From an uncultured delta proteobacterium (GTDB taxonomy: Bacteria > Desulfobacterota > Desulfomonilia > Desulfomonilales > Desulfomonilaceae): a stretch of 64,000 nucleotides of DNA. A program made the position numbers and the translations under genes. This document shows positions 1 to 9,470 of the stretch, in pieces. The stretch is from contig CAWBKB010000003.1 in NCBI GenBank assembly GCA_963789265.1, positions 480,001 through 544,000 on the forward strand, in the 5' to 3' direction. Every line of letters starts with the position of its first letter. The first letter of the stretch is position 1. Below the pieces are notes generated by a model that saw only the letters and a list, made by a program, of their open reading frames with translations, was not told the origin of the DNA and searched no databases.

Positions 1-986
1 CCGTTAAAGACCTCGCCAAGGACCCCTTTGAGCACCTTCGCACCCCTGGAGGCTGCCAGCGTGAAGAACTTCATGGCAGGGGCCACGAAAACCCAAAGCC
101 AGATTCCCTTGCCCATGCTCTTCCAGCCCGTCTCGTCCACGTTGAGGATGTCTTGTTTAGGCAGAGCTTGTTTGATTTCCTCACAGGGTGTTTCGAGGGC
201 CAGGGAGACTTCCTCATGAAGTTTGCACACGGAGCCAAGGGAGATGTCAACCCCGAACAGGGTCCGAACAAGCTCTTGGCACCCTCGTCGAGTCACCCGA
301 TGCATGGCGGTGAGGTAGGCCAAGAGAGCGGCAAACCTGGGACCGAAACCAGATCGTGCCTGGGGCGGGACATTCGCCCACGTCACAGCGCCGCAGGCAC
401 ATTCACACAATGCAGCCTGTATTCGGTGATCCCTGGTCTGATGTCGGAAATCTCTATCACCTGGCAACGAAGGTAATTGCCGAGCATACGGCTGCCGTCC
501 TCGCCGGGGTGAAGAGGTGTATGACAAATTTCGCAAGACTTGGGCAGAACCTCCCGGATCGAATCAACCTTCTCAATGGGAACCAAATCCCTGTTTGCCC
601 CCTTGTGACCCGGTTGCCCTCCAGGTTTGCGTTGCCTGGATTTCTTGCGCCGTCGAATTGCCGGTTTGCTTGCCGGACTGTCCGAAGAGGGCGGTTTAGA
701 GGAATTGGAAGAATCTCTCGTAAGCAGGGTTACTTTACGCTCCAATTCGTCGATCCTTGCGCTCAAATGCAACAGGACCTCGATGATCGTCTCTCTATCG
801 CCGTACGCGATGGCTCTGGCTTCTTCCCGAATCATGGGAAAAGCCAGTATCAAGAATTACCGCCAAGGCAAGGGCAATTTGAAAAATGTCGCGATATGGC
901 GCGACCATATTTCATCCTCAGCGGTCAAAACCGCTCAACAGAAACCAAAAGGGGGGAACGACTCACTCTTCCCGGCCAACGGTTAC
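1..986 (-). mobile_element. IS66-family insertion sequence, left part: single-ORF transposase (853 to <1, frameshift near 405)
   Basis: ORF 383..853 has the IS66 N-terminus (LERKVTLLTRDSSNSSKPPSSD...RKPGGQPGHKG, CEICH). A shifted frame continues ECACG...GFGPRF...ISLGSV...LNVDETGW...WLWVFV to the window edge. A GTAACCGTT end, typical of IS66, starts at 986 on the minus strand. Confidence 0.9.
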
Positions 987-1110
987 CATAAAAACAGCCC
1001 TTCGGTTCTATGAGGAAGAGCCGCTCCTCACGACACGGAAGCGGCTTGGAGAGTACAGCCATAGGTGGGTGGGGTGGGCTCTGAGTGTTGCTATGGACGT
1101 GGTAATACTA

Positions 1111-2523
1111 TCACTGATTGACTTGGATTGAAACACCTCCCCCCGGCTCGAACGATAAAGGCGAAAGGTCTTCTGCGAACAGCATGATACCGTTCAGATG
1201 GTCAGGGTTGCTTTCTGGGCCTACGATGACCATCGGGCTCCAGCCTGAACCAGCGGACATGTGGAAGGACACGAGGTCGAACCACTTTGAGTTGCCATCA
1301 TAGATGAACAGGCTCACTTGTCCCGGATGCTCGGCTAGGAGGCCGCACCAGTAGAATGTTCCGGATTCGGTCGTCAAAGGGGGAACCGAGGACGACAGAG
1401 GCGGGCTTGAGTACAACGTGTTAAATGCGATCGACCGTCTAATGAGAGTGATTCCTGGTAGGTTGCCGCTGCACGGCGCGGTCGGGGTATTGCTGAACGC
1501 CCTCGACAGGACCACCGCGGCAGGTTGATGCCAATCCCTCTTCACCTTCAGGCCCAGCAATCTCCTCAAGTCACGGGGACTCTTGAAAACAGGCTCAGGC
1601 ATAGTGAAGGGGCTCTCGAAGCTCAGCAGGTTCTCCAACTGGAACCCGACGTTGACGAATCCCCCGATGGTATTGTAATCTCCATCGATCCTGTCATGTC
1701 CGTGTTCGTATCTCAGGGTGAACACACCGTCTCGGGTTGTGAGGTCTGCGCCGCCCCGCCAGCCTTGCACCGCGGTCCCGATATCAAACTGGTACCCGAT
1801 GACCTTGAGCCGTAAGTCCAGAGAGCGATTTAACAGGGCATGGGAATATCCTGCCTCGACATCGAAACTGTTCCCCTTGTTCCTGAAGGCATTGATGAGG
1901 ACATCCCGGTTGAAGAGGTTCCCGTACCAGTTGAAATTCAGATCAATCGCGTCGTCTCCGGCAACATTCGCAGCCATTTCCAGGCCGACACCGCCGGACG
2001 AATACCATGTGTCGAACAGACGAGAGGAATCATAGAAGCCGTTAACTCCCAGAAAGGTGTTCCTGCCCAACATCGTGCGGTAACCGCCGCCGAACGACAG
2101 ATCGACCCTGTTGTTGGATGGGGAAGTTGTTGTGGTGAATCCTGGAGCCGCGGCAACGGATACAGTCGATCTCTTCCAGAAATCCCAGCCTTCCGCATGG
2201 GCCTCTCCGAACAGGACGGAATCACAACCGAGACGGAACGGAAGGACATAATCGGCAGTGAATCGCCCGGTATTCACCCTGTTACCGAAATGGTCCAGGA
2301 ACCCCAGCTCCAGATTAGGGATTCTGGGGAGAAAAGGGCTGAGCATTCCGCTGGAGACGGGTATCGCATCATCCCCCCGAGAACACCCACAATCGTTCGG
2401 TGCATTGCCGGGAGCGGGAAGCTGCGGAAGACCTTGTGCGTCCACAAAGGTGGTGAGAGCACAGGCGAAAAGAAGCAAGAAAGGCAGGACGAGCAGAATC
2501 CGCCTAGACAGCGCCATGACCAT
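1111..2523 (-). CDS. Inverse autotransporter (invasin/intimin-type) beta-domain protein with short C-terminal passenger
   Basis: Signal peptide, then beta-barrel-like strands (DLSFGGGYR, FLGVNGFYD, GNSFDVEAG), then a ~120-aa extension after KVKRDWHQP. Start chosen from the RBS. Confidence 0.7.
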   Translation of the reverse strand: MVMALSRRILLVLPFLLLFACALTTFVDAQGLPQLPAPGNAPNDCGCSRGDDAIPVSSGMLSPFLPRIPNLELGFLDHFGNRVNTGRFTADYVLPFRLGCDSVLFGEAHAEGWDFWKRSTVSVAAAPGFTTTTSPSNNRVDLSFGGGYRTMLGRNTFLGVNGFYDSSRLFDTWYSSGGVGLEMAANVAGDDAIDLNFNWYGNLFNRDVLINAFRNKGNSFDVEAGYSHALLNRSLDLRLKVIGYQFDIGTAVQGWRGGADLTTRDGVFTLRYEHGHDRIDGDYNTIGGFVNVGFQLENLLSFESPFTMPEPVFKSPRDLRRLLGLKVKRDWHQPAAVVLSRAFSNTPTAPCSGNLPGITLIRRSIAFNTLYSSPPLSSSVPPLTTESGTFYWCGLLAEHPGQVSLFIYDGNSKWFDLVSFHMSAGSGWSPMVIVGPESNPDHLNGIMLFAEDLSPLSFEPGGGVSIQVNQ

Positions 2524-2838
2524 ACCCCCTGGACTCCAAAGCCCCTGAAGCACAAGACGCGGCCACACACCCCCAAACGTCAATCGGAGGGAGTCTCAAG
2601 TGCTAATAAAACAGAAATCACAAGAAATTCAGCAGAATATTACGTGAAGGCGGTAGAGGGAGTCAAGAGAATTTGGGGGTTCGGGCTGAAGGCAGCTCAC
2701 AATTCGTGACCGGGTAAGATACACAGATAGTTCAGAACTATTTTAAAATGGTTATCCCTGATGGCAATGACATCCCGAAACTTTTTTCCCGCTGAACGGT
2801 TACCGTTTTTTCTCTCTTCCCGTCACTTTTAGCAGGGT

Positions 2839-4611
2839 TTAGAAATCCACTTCAATTGCAACACGCGTACCGAAAATCGGGTCAATTTCCCGATTGGGGT
2901 TTATGCCCCACATGTTGCTCGCGGTCGGCGCATTGTCCCAATTGGGTTGCCTCCTGTCCACACATGCGTACTTGAACCAGCCGCCGGGCTTCCAATAGGC
3001 CGCTCTGGCTCTTAACGTGTATCCTTCGATAAGTTTCCAATCGATCCCACCGCCAATTTCGTACCCAAGGTCTCTCTCCAAAATGTTGGGAGCCGGAATC
3101 AAGCCGATCGGGTTGTCGGCCCCAGCGAATGAAAGGTCCAGAAGGTTGCCATTTACGGAGGGAGGATTAACTGGAGTTCCGTTATTCCCGAATTGCAGCC
3201 CAGGAAAACTGAGGTCCTTTCCAGGATCCGGCCTTATCCACCCCCAGCCGTATCCTTGGGAGACCCTGCTAGCGTACAAGAAGGTTGCATATGCGTTTAG
3301 ATTAGCTGCCACAGCGTAATCCAATCTCACGCCGTACGTACTCGCATCGGTAATGAAACCGTGATCGGAAGAGCGAGATATGGAACCGTTTCCCGATCCG
3401 TAATCATACCCCAGCAACAGGCTGTAGGGCAAATACAGGTTCACACCACCGTTGGGGGAAAATACGGGAACAATGGTAGGCTGTCTGTCGATGAGTTTGC
3501 CTCCACGTCTGTCCGGACCTGGATAGTAGGCCCAGAGAAAGCTAATCTTTGCCGGACCGGCCATCGCGCCGCACTCGATCACTCCACCCCAGAATTCCCA
3601 GTAACGAGTTTGGGGTAGGTAAGTTCGGATCAATATAGCTGAATTCACAGGCAGGCCGTTCTGCCGGTAGAATTCCTGATAAAACCCGACTTCAGCATTG
3701 AAGAAGTACCGTCCGTTGAAATATTTGATATTGGTGAATCCGAAAACTTCCGAGGCGTCCGTCGCGAAGACTGGGAACAAACCTGGATGAGCTGCGTCCA
3801 GTTCCGGATTAATCAAAAGCTCCGATTCCGGCCCCTTGTGACCGTTGGTGTATTCAATATATGTCTGAGAACTGATGTTTCCGGCACTATACCAGAGCAA
3901 AGCAGCGAAATGAGGTTGAGCTGAACCACTCCGGTCTGTTTTTAGGGGATAGTTACCGGCTCGACCCGGGCCCCAAAAGTAGTATTGCGCACCAAGTAGG
4001 AAAGGGCCAAAGGGAATGCTTAGAGTCACCGACTCAGTCGAGTTCTCCAAGGAGTCGATAATCAAACCAAAATCGATGGTGTTTGGCTGCTTCCCTATGA
4101 GTACCGTTCCCCAGGGAAGATCAGCCTGAACCTGCCAAGTTTGCCAATAACCGGGGGAAATTGACTGTCCGATCCCTGGAGCATCACTATTCAAGTACCT
4201 GGAGCTATTGAGGTATCCCTGGGAAGCGTTTGCAGAAGGGGCTAACCAGCTTCCAATTCTGTAGATTCCTTGCATTGAAAGCGCCGGATTCACTTTCACG
4301 CTCGGGGAAAAAATTGTGTACATGTAGTTCGCCGCCACATCCGAACCTGAAGCCAGATTATCACCAAAATTAATCACGCGACTGGCAACCTCGTGACCAA
4401 GCCAACCGTTGCGAGCGGCGAGCCTCACAGTGCCGGCCACTGAGCTGTTATCCTGATTGAACGGCCCGAAAAAGCCTTTGTCGCCCAGTTGTGAGAATTG
4501 ATAATACTCCCATGTGAAATTTCCGGTCATAGAGAACTCCCAGGCGCCGGCCTGTGAAACGACTAGGAAGAACAGCGCCAGAATGAGACCGACCTGTTTG
4601 CTCTGTCTCAT
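2839..4611 (-). CDS. Outer-membrane beta-barrel/porin-like protein
   Basis: Signal peptide ending AGA-WEF, aromatic alternating strands, C-terminal Phe (RVAIEVDF). Confidence 0.65.
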   Translation of the reverse strand: MRQSKQVGLILALFFLVVSQAGAWEFSMTGNFTWEYYQFSQLGDKGFFGPFNQDNSSVAGTVRLAARNGWLGHEVASRVINFGDNLASGSDVAANYMYTIFSPSVKVNPALSMQGIYRIGSWLAPSANASQGYLNSSRYLNSDAPGIGQSISPGYWQTWQVQADLPWGTVLIGKQPNTIDFGLIIDSLENSTESVTLSIPFGPFLLGAQYYFWGPGRAGNYPLKTDRSGSAQPHFAALLWYSAGNISSQTYIEYTNGHKGPESELLINPELDAAHPGLFPVFATDASEVFGFTNIKYFNGRYFFNAEVGFYQEFYRQNGLPVNSAILIRTYLPQTRYWEFWGGVIECGAMAGPAKISFLWAYYPGPDRRGGKLIDRQPTIVPVFSPNGGVNLYLPYSLLLGYDYGSGNGSISRSSDHGFITDASTYGVRLDYAVAANLNAYATFLYASRVSQGYGWGWIRPDPGKDLSFPGLQFGNNGTPVNPPSVNGNLLDLSFAGADNPIGLIPAPNILERDLGYEIGGGIDWKLIEGYTLRARAAYWKPGGWFKYACVDRRQPNWDNAPTASNMWGINPNREIDPIFGTRVAIEVDF

Positions 4612-4643
4612 ACCTTCACCCCTAGCTGTGCTATGTCAGATGG

Positions 4644-4674
4644 TCGGCGGAAAAACATACGTTTCTTCCGCCGA
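4644..4674. terminator. Stem-loop between the dehydrogenase and porin genes
   Basis: TCGGCGGAA...TTCCGCCGA inverted repeat; no clear U-tract. Confidence 0.4.
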
Positions 4675-4688
4675 ATGGTTAGGGCTTG

Positions 4689-5603
4689 TTACTCGGGATC
4701 TCCGCCAAGGAATTCCGGACGTTCATACGCGGGGTCAGGGTACGTGTAAAAGCCCCGGCCCGATTTTTTCCCCAGCAGGCCCTTGTCGATATAAAGCCGC
4801 TTGAATTCGTCGGCGGCTTTCCGGGCGCCCGTGTCGCCTGATATCTTGGCGTTACTCTCCATAACATGCCAGATGGTATCCAGTCCTATCCCGTCCAACA
4901 TTCCGAAAATTCCGATGGGCATTTTTAGGTGAATCATAACCGCCCGGTCCACGTCCTCCACGGACATGATTTTGTCCCACAGGGCTATTCTCATCGCCAC
5001 TGAGTTCATGCCTTCGAAGATGGCGTTCGACACGTAGCCCGGTAACTCTTTCTTGAAAATCAGCGGAACCTGTTTGATTCGTTTCGCGAAAGCCGCCAGG
5101 AGCTCCACGATTTCCGGAGACGTCCCCGGGTGCGGCATAACATCGACCAGGTTGCGTTCGAACACGTCGAGGAAGTGCAGCGCTGCGAACCTGGAGGGCC
5201 GTCCCGTGGCCTCGGCCCACATGGACGGGAGAAGCGAGGACGTGTTGGTGGTGAAGACCGTTTTAGGATGGCAAATCTGGTGGAACTGGGCAAAGACTTT
5301 CGCCTTGAGGTCGGGGTCCTCAAGCACCGATTCGCTCAGCAGGTCCGCGTCGGCCCCGTCCTCCGGGCGGGAAGTGTAGTGGAGGCGGGACAAAGCGGCT
5401 TCGGCCTCTTCGGGCGTCATTTTCTGTTGGGCCACCAGTTCCGCGGCTAATGCGGGTATTTGTTCCCGCGCGTTCTCCAGGGACTTGGAGAAGGCGTCGT
5501 AGGCGACCACCTCGTAGCCGAAGCGGGCGCACTGCAGAGCAATCCTCTGCCCCATAGTGCCCATACCCACCACGAGGATCTTGCGGATCTCATCTACTTT
5601 CAT
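4689..5603 (-). CDS. 3-hydroxyacyl-CoA (3-hydroxybutyryl-CoA-type) dehydrogenase
   Basis: GMGTMG Rossmann motif, ESVLE..LK, TNTSS, ALHF, LGKKSGRGFY. Confidence 0.92.
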   Translation of the reverse strand: MKVDEIRKILVVGMGTMGQRIALQCARFGYEVVAYDAFSKSLENAREQIPALAAELVAQQKMTPEEAEAALSRLHYTSRPEDGADADLLSESVLEDPDLKAKVFAQFHQICHPKTVFTTNTSSLLPSMWAEATGRPSRFAALHFLDVFERNLVDVMPHPGTSPEIVELLAAFAKRIKQVPLIFKKELPGYVSNAIFEGMNSVAMRIALWDKIMSVEDVDRAVMIHLKMPIGIFGMLDGIGLDTIWHVMESNAKISGDTGARKAADEFKRLYIDKGLLGKKSGRGFYTYPDPAYERPEFLGGDPE

Positions 5604-5622
5604 GATCAGCCCCCCGGTAGCG

Positions 5623-6492
5623 TTAGAACTGTCCGTAGCGTTGAAAGCGGCCCGTGACGAGGGTGGATCGGTCCCAGCGGCCCGAGAACAGGTATGAAAT
5701 CAGTCTGTCCCCCTCGTCGTCCTCGAACTGCGCGAGAGGCGATATGCCTGGGACCGAGTTGGAACTGATGCCGTACCCGGCGCCGAGGGGCTTCACGACC
5801 TCCAGTTCTGCCCAAGGGTCATCGAGCGACGGCTCCATGTGGATCGATTTGATGCTGGCCGATTCCCAGGTCTGGAAGTCCGTGACGCTATTATAGCAGT
5901 CAAGGCGCATGTTCGCGAACGTAGAGCGGCCTTCCGGGCCCTGTCCTAACTCGTACCGGAACAGCAGACACGCGCCCCTTTCTTGATATCCAGGCCCATA
6001 ATCCTTGCGCATGACTTCCATGAGGGGGTCGTTGTACCCCCCCATCTCCACTTCGACCGAGAAAATACGCCGGCCCTTTCTCTCGATGAGAGCGCTCGCC
6101 CAGTCGCCGTTGCGCTCGACGATGATCCGCTCGCACATCTTCTTGGGCAGTCCGGCCCCTTCACGCCCGCTGCACAGGCCCATGTGTGCGCCCGGGCCAC
6201 TGAGCTGGAGGTTCAGGAAATAGACGCCCACGATTTCGCCGTAGCGACAGAGCAGGCTGAGGGCGCCTTCCATGTACCATGGTGCGAACGTGGGCTCGCG
6301 GATATTGACGACGTACACCATGGCGATGGGATGCGCGGGGTCAGCGAGATCGAGCGGCGGCGGCAGTACACGGCGCGCCGCGATGGGGTCGGTCTCCCAG
6401 CTAATGTAAAGGCCCTCCTGATTGTTCATGTCTCCCGGGTTCATGAACGAGTAGATCTGTTCACGAGGAATGAAATAACTGCCGTTTTTCAT
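5623..6492 (-). CDS. Acetoacetate decarboxylase superfamily protein
   Basis: RRVLPPPL, PWYMEGAL and GREGAGLPKK (Schiff-base Lys motif); AAGGAGG RBS upstream of ATG 6492. Confidence 0.85.
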   Translation of the reverse strand: MKNGSYFIPREQIYSFMNPGDMNNQEGLYISWETDPIAARRVLPPPLDLADPAHPIAMVYVVNIREPTFAPWYMEGALSLLCRYGEIVGVYFLNLQLSGPGAHMGLCSGREGAGLPKKMCERIIVERNGDWASALIERKGRRIFSVEVEMGGYNDPLMEVMRKDYGPGYQERGACLLFRYELGQGPEGRSTFANMRLDCYNSVTDFQTWESASIKSIHMEPSLDDPWAELEVVKPLGAGYGISSNSVPGISPLAQFEDDEGDRLISYLFSGRWDRSTLVTGRFQRYGQF

Positions 6493-6527
6493 GGATCCAT
6501 ATCCTCCTTTTTGCTGCACCACGCAGA

Positions 6528-7346
6528 TTACACGGCCCATTCGCCGCTGCGCCGCTTCCGAGCCACATTCAGTAGGTAGTCATCGACATATTTGGAAGCC
6601 TCGGGATTGAAACAGTTCCTGGCGCCTAAGGCATCGGCCTCATCGCCTAGAACCAGCCGCTCGTTTTTCGCCACACCGCTGAGGATCGTTCGCGCGGACC
6701 GCTCGGGCGACTGGGCGCCCGGAGGTGCTCCCACGCTGCCTGCGGACCAGATGGCAGTGGCAGTTGTACCCGGTGTCGCCGACGTCAGGCGGATGTTTTC
6801 GTCCCAGAACTCATAGCGGAGAGCCAGGGTCAGCGAGTTCAGGGCGGCCTTGGTCGCGGAGTACATCGTCTGGTAGGCCATCGGGGAGAAGGCTATGCCG
6901 GATATGATATTGACAATGTGCCCGCCGCCCTGCGCCCGCATGACCGGCAAGACGGCACGGATGCCGTACATCGCCCCGTAGAAGTTGAGAGCGAACGCTT
7001 TCTCCCAGTCTCGATCGGCCTGGTTCTCGAAATCTCCGCTGAAACCGGCGCCTGCGTTGTTAAAAAGGAGGTTTATGCGGCCGTCGCCGAATTCAGCCGC
7101 TTGTTCGATCATTCCTTTGACTTCCTCTTCATTCGTGACGTCGCACCGGATTCCGAGCGCCTGGCAGGAGTGGGCCGCGTTTAGCCGTGCGGTCTCCCTG
7201 ACAAGGTTCGCCTCGTTTACATCCACGAGGACGACCCGCTTCGCCCCGTAGGAAAGCATGGTTTCGGCCAGCGCCAATCCGATGCCCGAGGCGGCGCCCG
7301 TTATGGCTGCAACTTTATCCCGGTAGTACTCATTCGTTTCGCTCAT
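6528..7346 (-). CDS. Short-chain dehydrogenase/reductase
   Basis: TGAASGIG, NNAG, YSATK. Confidence 0.93.
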   Translation of the reverse strand: MSETNEYYRDKVAAITGAASGIGLALAETMLSYGAKRVVLVDVNEANLVRETARLNAAHSCQALGIRCDVTNEEEVKGMIEQAAEFGDGRINLLFNNAGAGFSGDFENQADRDWEKAFALNFYGAMYGIRAVLPVMRAQGGGHIVNIISGIAFSPMAYQTMYSATKAALNSLTLALRYEFWDENIRLTSATPGTTATAIWSAGSVGAPPGAQSPERSARTILSGVAKNERLVLGDEADALGARNCFNPEASKYVDDYLLNVARKRRSGEWAV

Positions 7347-7457
7347 GTTCGTTCCCCTTGTGCAACATTCGACTTCTCAAGTTGGGGCAGCACCGGCTTC
7401 CGACCTACACACAATGGGAAGAAAGGAGGCCCCTTCAACGACGGTTTCGGGTATGTC

Positions 7458-9398
7458 CTACGGCTCGAACACGAACGCCTGCCCGTAGGCGTCCTGGGTC
7501 GCATCCACTATCCGCCCGCCGCGCACCGTGTCGCCCATGACCCGCGCGTCGGGGAAGGCTACTTTGAAGCGGTCGACGACCTCCTTATGCTGCCGGACGC
7601 CCATCGCCAGGATCACGGTGTCAGCCGCGACGAACACGGACTCACCGCTTTCCATGCATTGGAGCTCTACTCCCTCAGCAGTGACCTTCAGCAGCCGGTG
7701 CCCCGGCAGCAAGACTGGATCGTAGCATGCCATGCGCTCCTTGATGTCCATGATCACGATGATATTCGCACCAGCGCCGATCTCCGGCAGCATGTCCACG
7801 AGGCTCGTCTTGTGCCCGGCCAGCATCACCACCTCCGCCGTCTCGAGGCCTGTCATACCCGAACCGATGATCACGCAGTCGCCTTTGACCTCCGCCCGCC
7901 CCGCAAGCACGTCTTCCGCGATGACGACGTTTTCCCCGTCGATCCCGGGGACCGGCGGTATGAACGGCCGCGCGCCACACGCGATAAACACGCCGCAGGG
8001 GGAGAGTGCCCCAACTTTCTCCACCGTCGCCTCCTCCCCGAGGCGCAGCTCAACACCGCTTTCTTCCACCTGTGCGATCATGGAATCGACGAACCGAGTG
8101 ATCTTCTCCCTGGCGAAGCCCTTGTCGGCCACGTTCAGCGTTCCGCCGAGCCTCGGAGACGGGTCGAACAGCACGACGCGGAAGCCGCGTTCCCACAGGA
8201 CCATGGCAGCCGTAACCCCCGCGGGGCCGCCGCCCACAACCGCCACCGTGCGCCCCGCGCCGTCGCGGGCTGGACTGGCGAACTCGCGTTCGCGGCCCAT
8301 GGTCGGGTTCACCGAGCACTTGACGTGCCGGCAGTGCTCGAGCTCGTCGAAGCACACGAGGCAGCTGATGCATTTGCGTATGGTCTCCGACTTGCCTGCT
8401 TTCGCCTTTTTGCACCACTCCGGATCCGCTAGATGCCCGCGCGCGACGCCCACCAGGTCGCAGCAGCCCTCCGCCAGGATCGCTTCCGCAACCGCCGGCT
8501 CCTTAATGTTCGCTACCGCGATGATCGGTATCCTCACGTGCTTCTTAATCTCAGCGGCCATGTATTTTTTCCATCCCTGCTCGATCGTGGCCGGCTCGAT
8601 GCAGGCGGTGAACTTGGGGCTGTCCGGGATCGTAGAGCTGATGTCAAGGAAGTCGGTGCCAGCCTTCTCCAGTTCGGCTGCGATCCCGCAGCTCGCGGCG
8701 AGGTCGTTCCCCCGGTCTCCCAGGAATTCCTCGACCGAGAGGCGGACGCCGAGAACGAAGCCCTTGCCGCAGGCCGCTCGGATGCCTGCGAGGATCTCCA
8801 TCAGGAACCGCAGGCGGTTCTCGAAGTTGCCGCCATAGTCGTCGTCACGCCGGTTGAGATATGGAGACAGGAAGCTGTTGATCAGGTAGCCATGCGCGCC
8901 GTGCAGCTCGACGCCGTCAACGCCCGCTATCTGCGCCATGAACGCCCCTTTCACGAAGGCCTCCCGAATCTCTCCGATCTCCGAAACTGTGAGCGCGCGC
9001 GGAACCTCTCCCGTAAGGGGGGTTACCACTGCCGAGGCGGAGACGGGCTGCTCGCCTCCGATCATGACGCTGCCCTGGCGGCCGGGGTGCTGCAACTGGA
9101 TGAACATCCTGGCGCCGTACTTATGCACGGTGTCCATGAGCCGCCCGAGCCCAGGCACGTCCGCAAGGTTTCTCGAGGCGAGCTGGCAGGATTCAGATGC
9201 ACCCGCGCCGTCCATTACTCGGCATACCCCACTGACGATGAGCCCGACTCCGCCCCTTGCTCTCGCCTCGTAGAAAGCGATGATGTCTTCGTTTACGCCG
9301 CCCCCCGGCGCGGCGAGGCTCACTCCCATAGCCGTCATCGCCACGCGGTTCTTGATCTCCAACCCGCCGATCCGTACCGGGCTGAACAGATTGGGAAA
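7458..9398 (-). CDS. NADH:flavin oxidoreductase (OYE/2,4-dienoyl-CoA reductase type; FMN, 4Fe-4S, FAD)
   Basis: ELHGAHGYLINSFLSP, CISCLVC...CSVNP cluster motif, GGGPAG and GSGMTG dinucleotide folds. Confidence 0.93.
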   Translation of the reverse strand, partial: FPNLFSPVRIGGLEIKNRVAMTAMGVSLAAPGGGVNEDIIAFYEARARGGVGLIVSGVCRVMDGAGASESCQLASRNLADVPGLGRLMDTVHKYGARMFIQLQHPGRQGSVMIGGEQPVSASAVVTPLTGEVPRALTVSEIGEIREAFVKGAFMAQIAGVDGVELHGAHGYLINSFLSPYLNRRDDDYGGNFENRLRFLMEILAGIRAACGKGFVLGVRLSVEEFLGDRGNDLAASCGIAAELEKAGTDFLDISSTIPDSPKFTACIEPATIEQGWKKYMAAEIKKHVRIPIIAVANIKEPAVAEAILAEGCCDLVGVARGHLADPEWCKKAKAGKSETIRKCISCLVCFDELEHCRHVKCSVNPTMGREREFASPARDGAGRTVAVVGGGPAGVTAAMVLWERGFRVVLFDPSPRLGGTLNVADKGFAREKITRFVDSMIAQVEESGVELRLGEEATVEKVGALSPCGVFIACGARPFIPPVPGIDGENVVIAEDVLAGRAEVKGDCVIIGSGMTGLETAEVVMLAGHKTSLVDMLPEIGAGANIIVIMDIKERMACYDPVLLPGHRLLKVTAEGVELQCMESGESVFVAADTVILAMGVRQHKEVVDRFKVAFPDARVMGDTVRGGRIVDATQDAYGQAFVFEP

Positions 9399-9470
9399 CA
9401 TCTTCGTCACCTCCCACATTGTCAATGAAGACCAAAGGGGGCCATATATGGCCGCGTCCCAAGCCTGATG

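Noticed and set aside
395..415. Programmed frameshift in the IS66 transposase
   Set aside because: No slippery heptamer; one missing G explains it, like the other indels.
356..991. 211-aa plus-strand ORF and similar long antisense ORFs (1840..2709, 7587..8432, 7732..8838, 8433..9428)
   Set aside because: Shadows of well-supported opposite-strand genes; no motifs of their own.
2714..2803. GCTGAACGGTTAC resembling an IS66 end, suggesting a composite element with the IS at 1-986
   Set aside because: Only about 10 nt shared, weak partner repeat, no target duplication.
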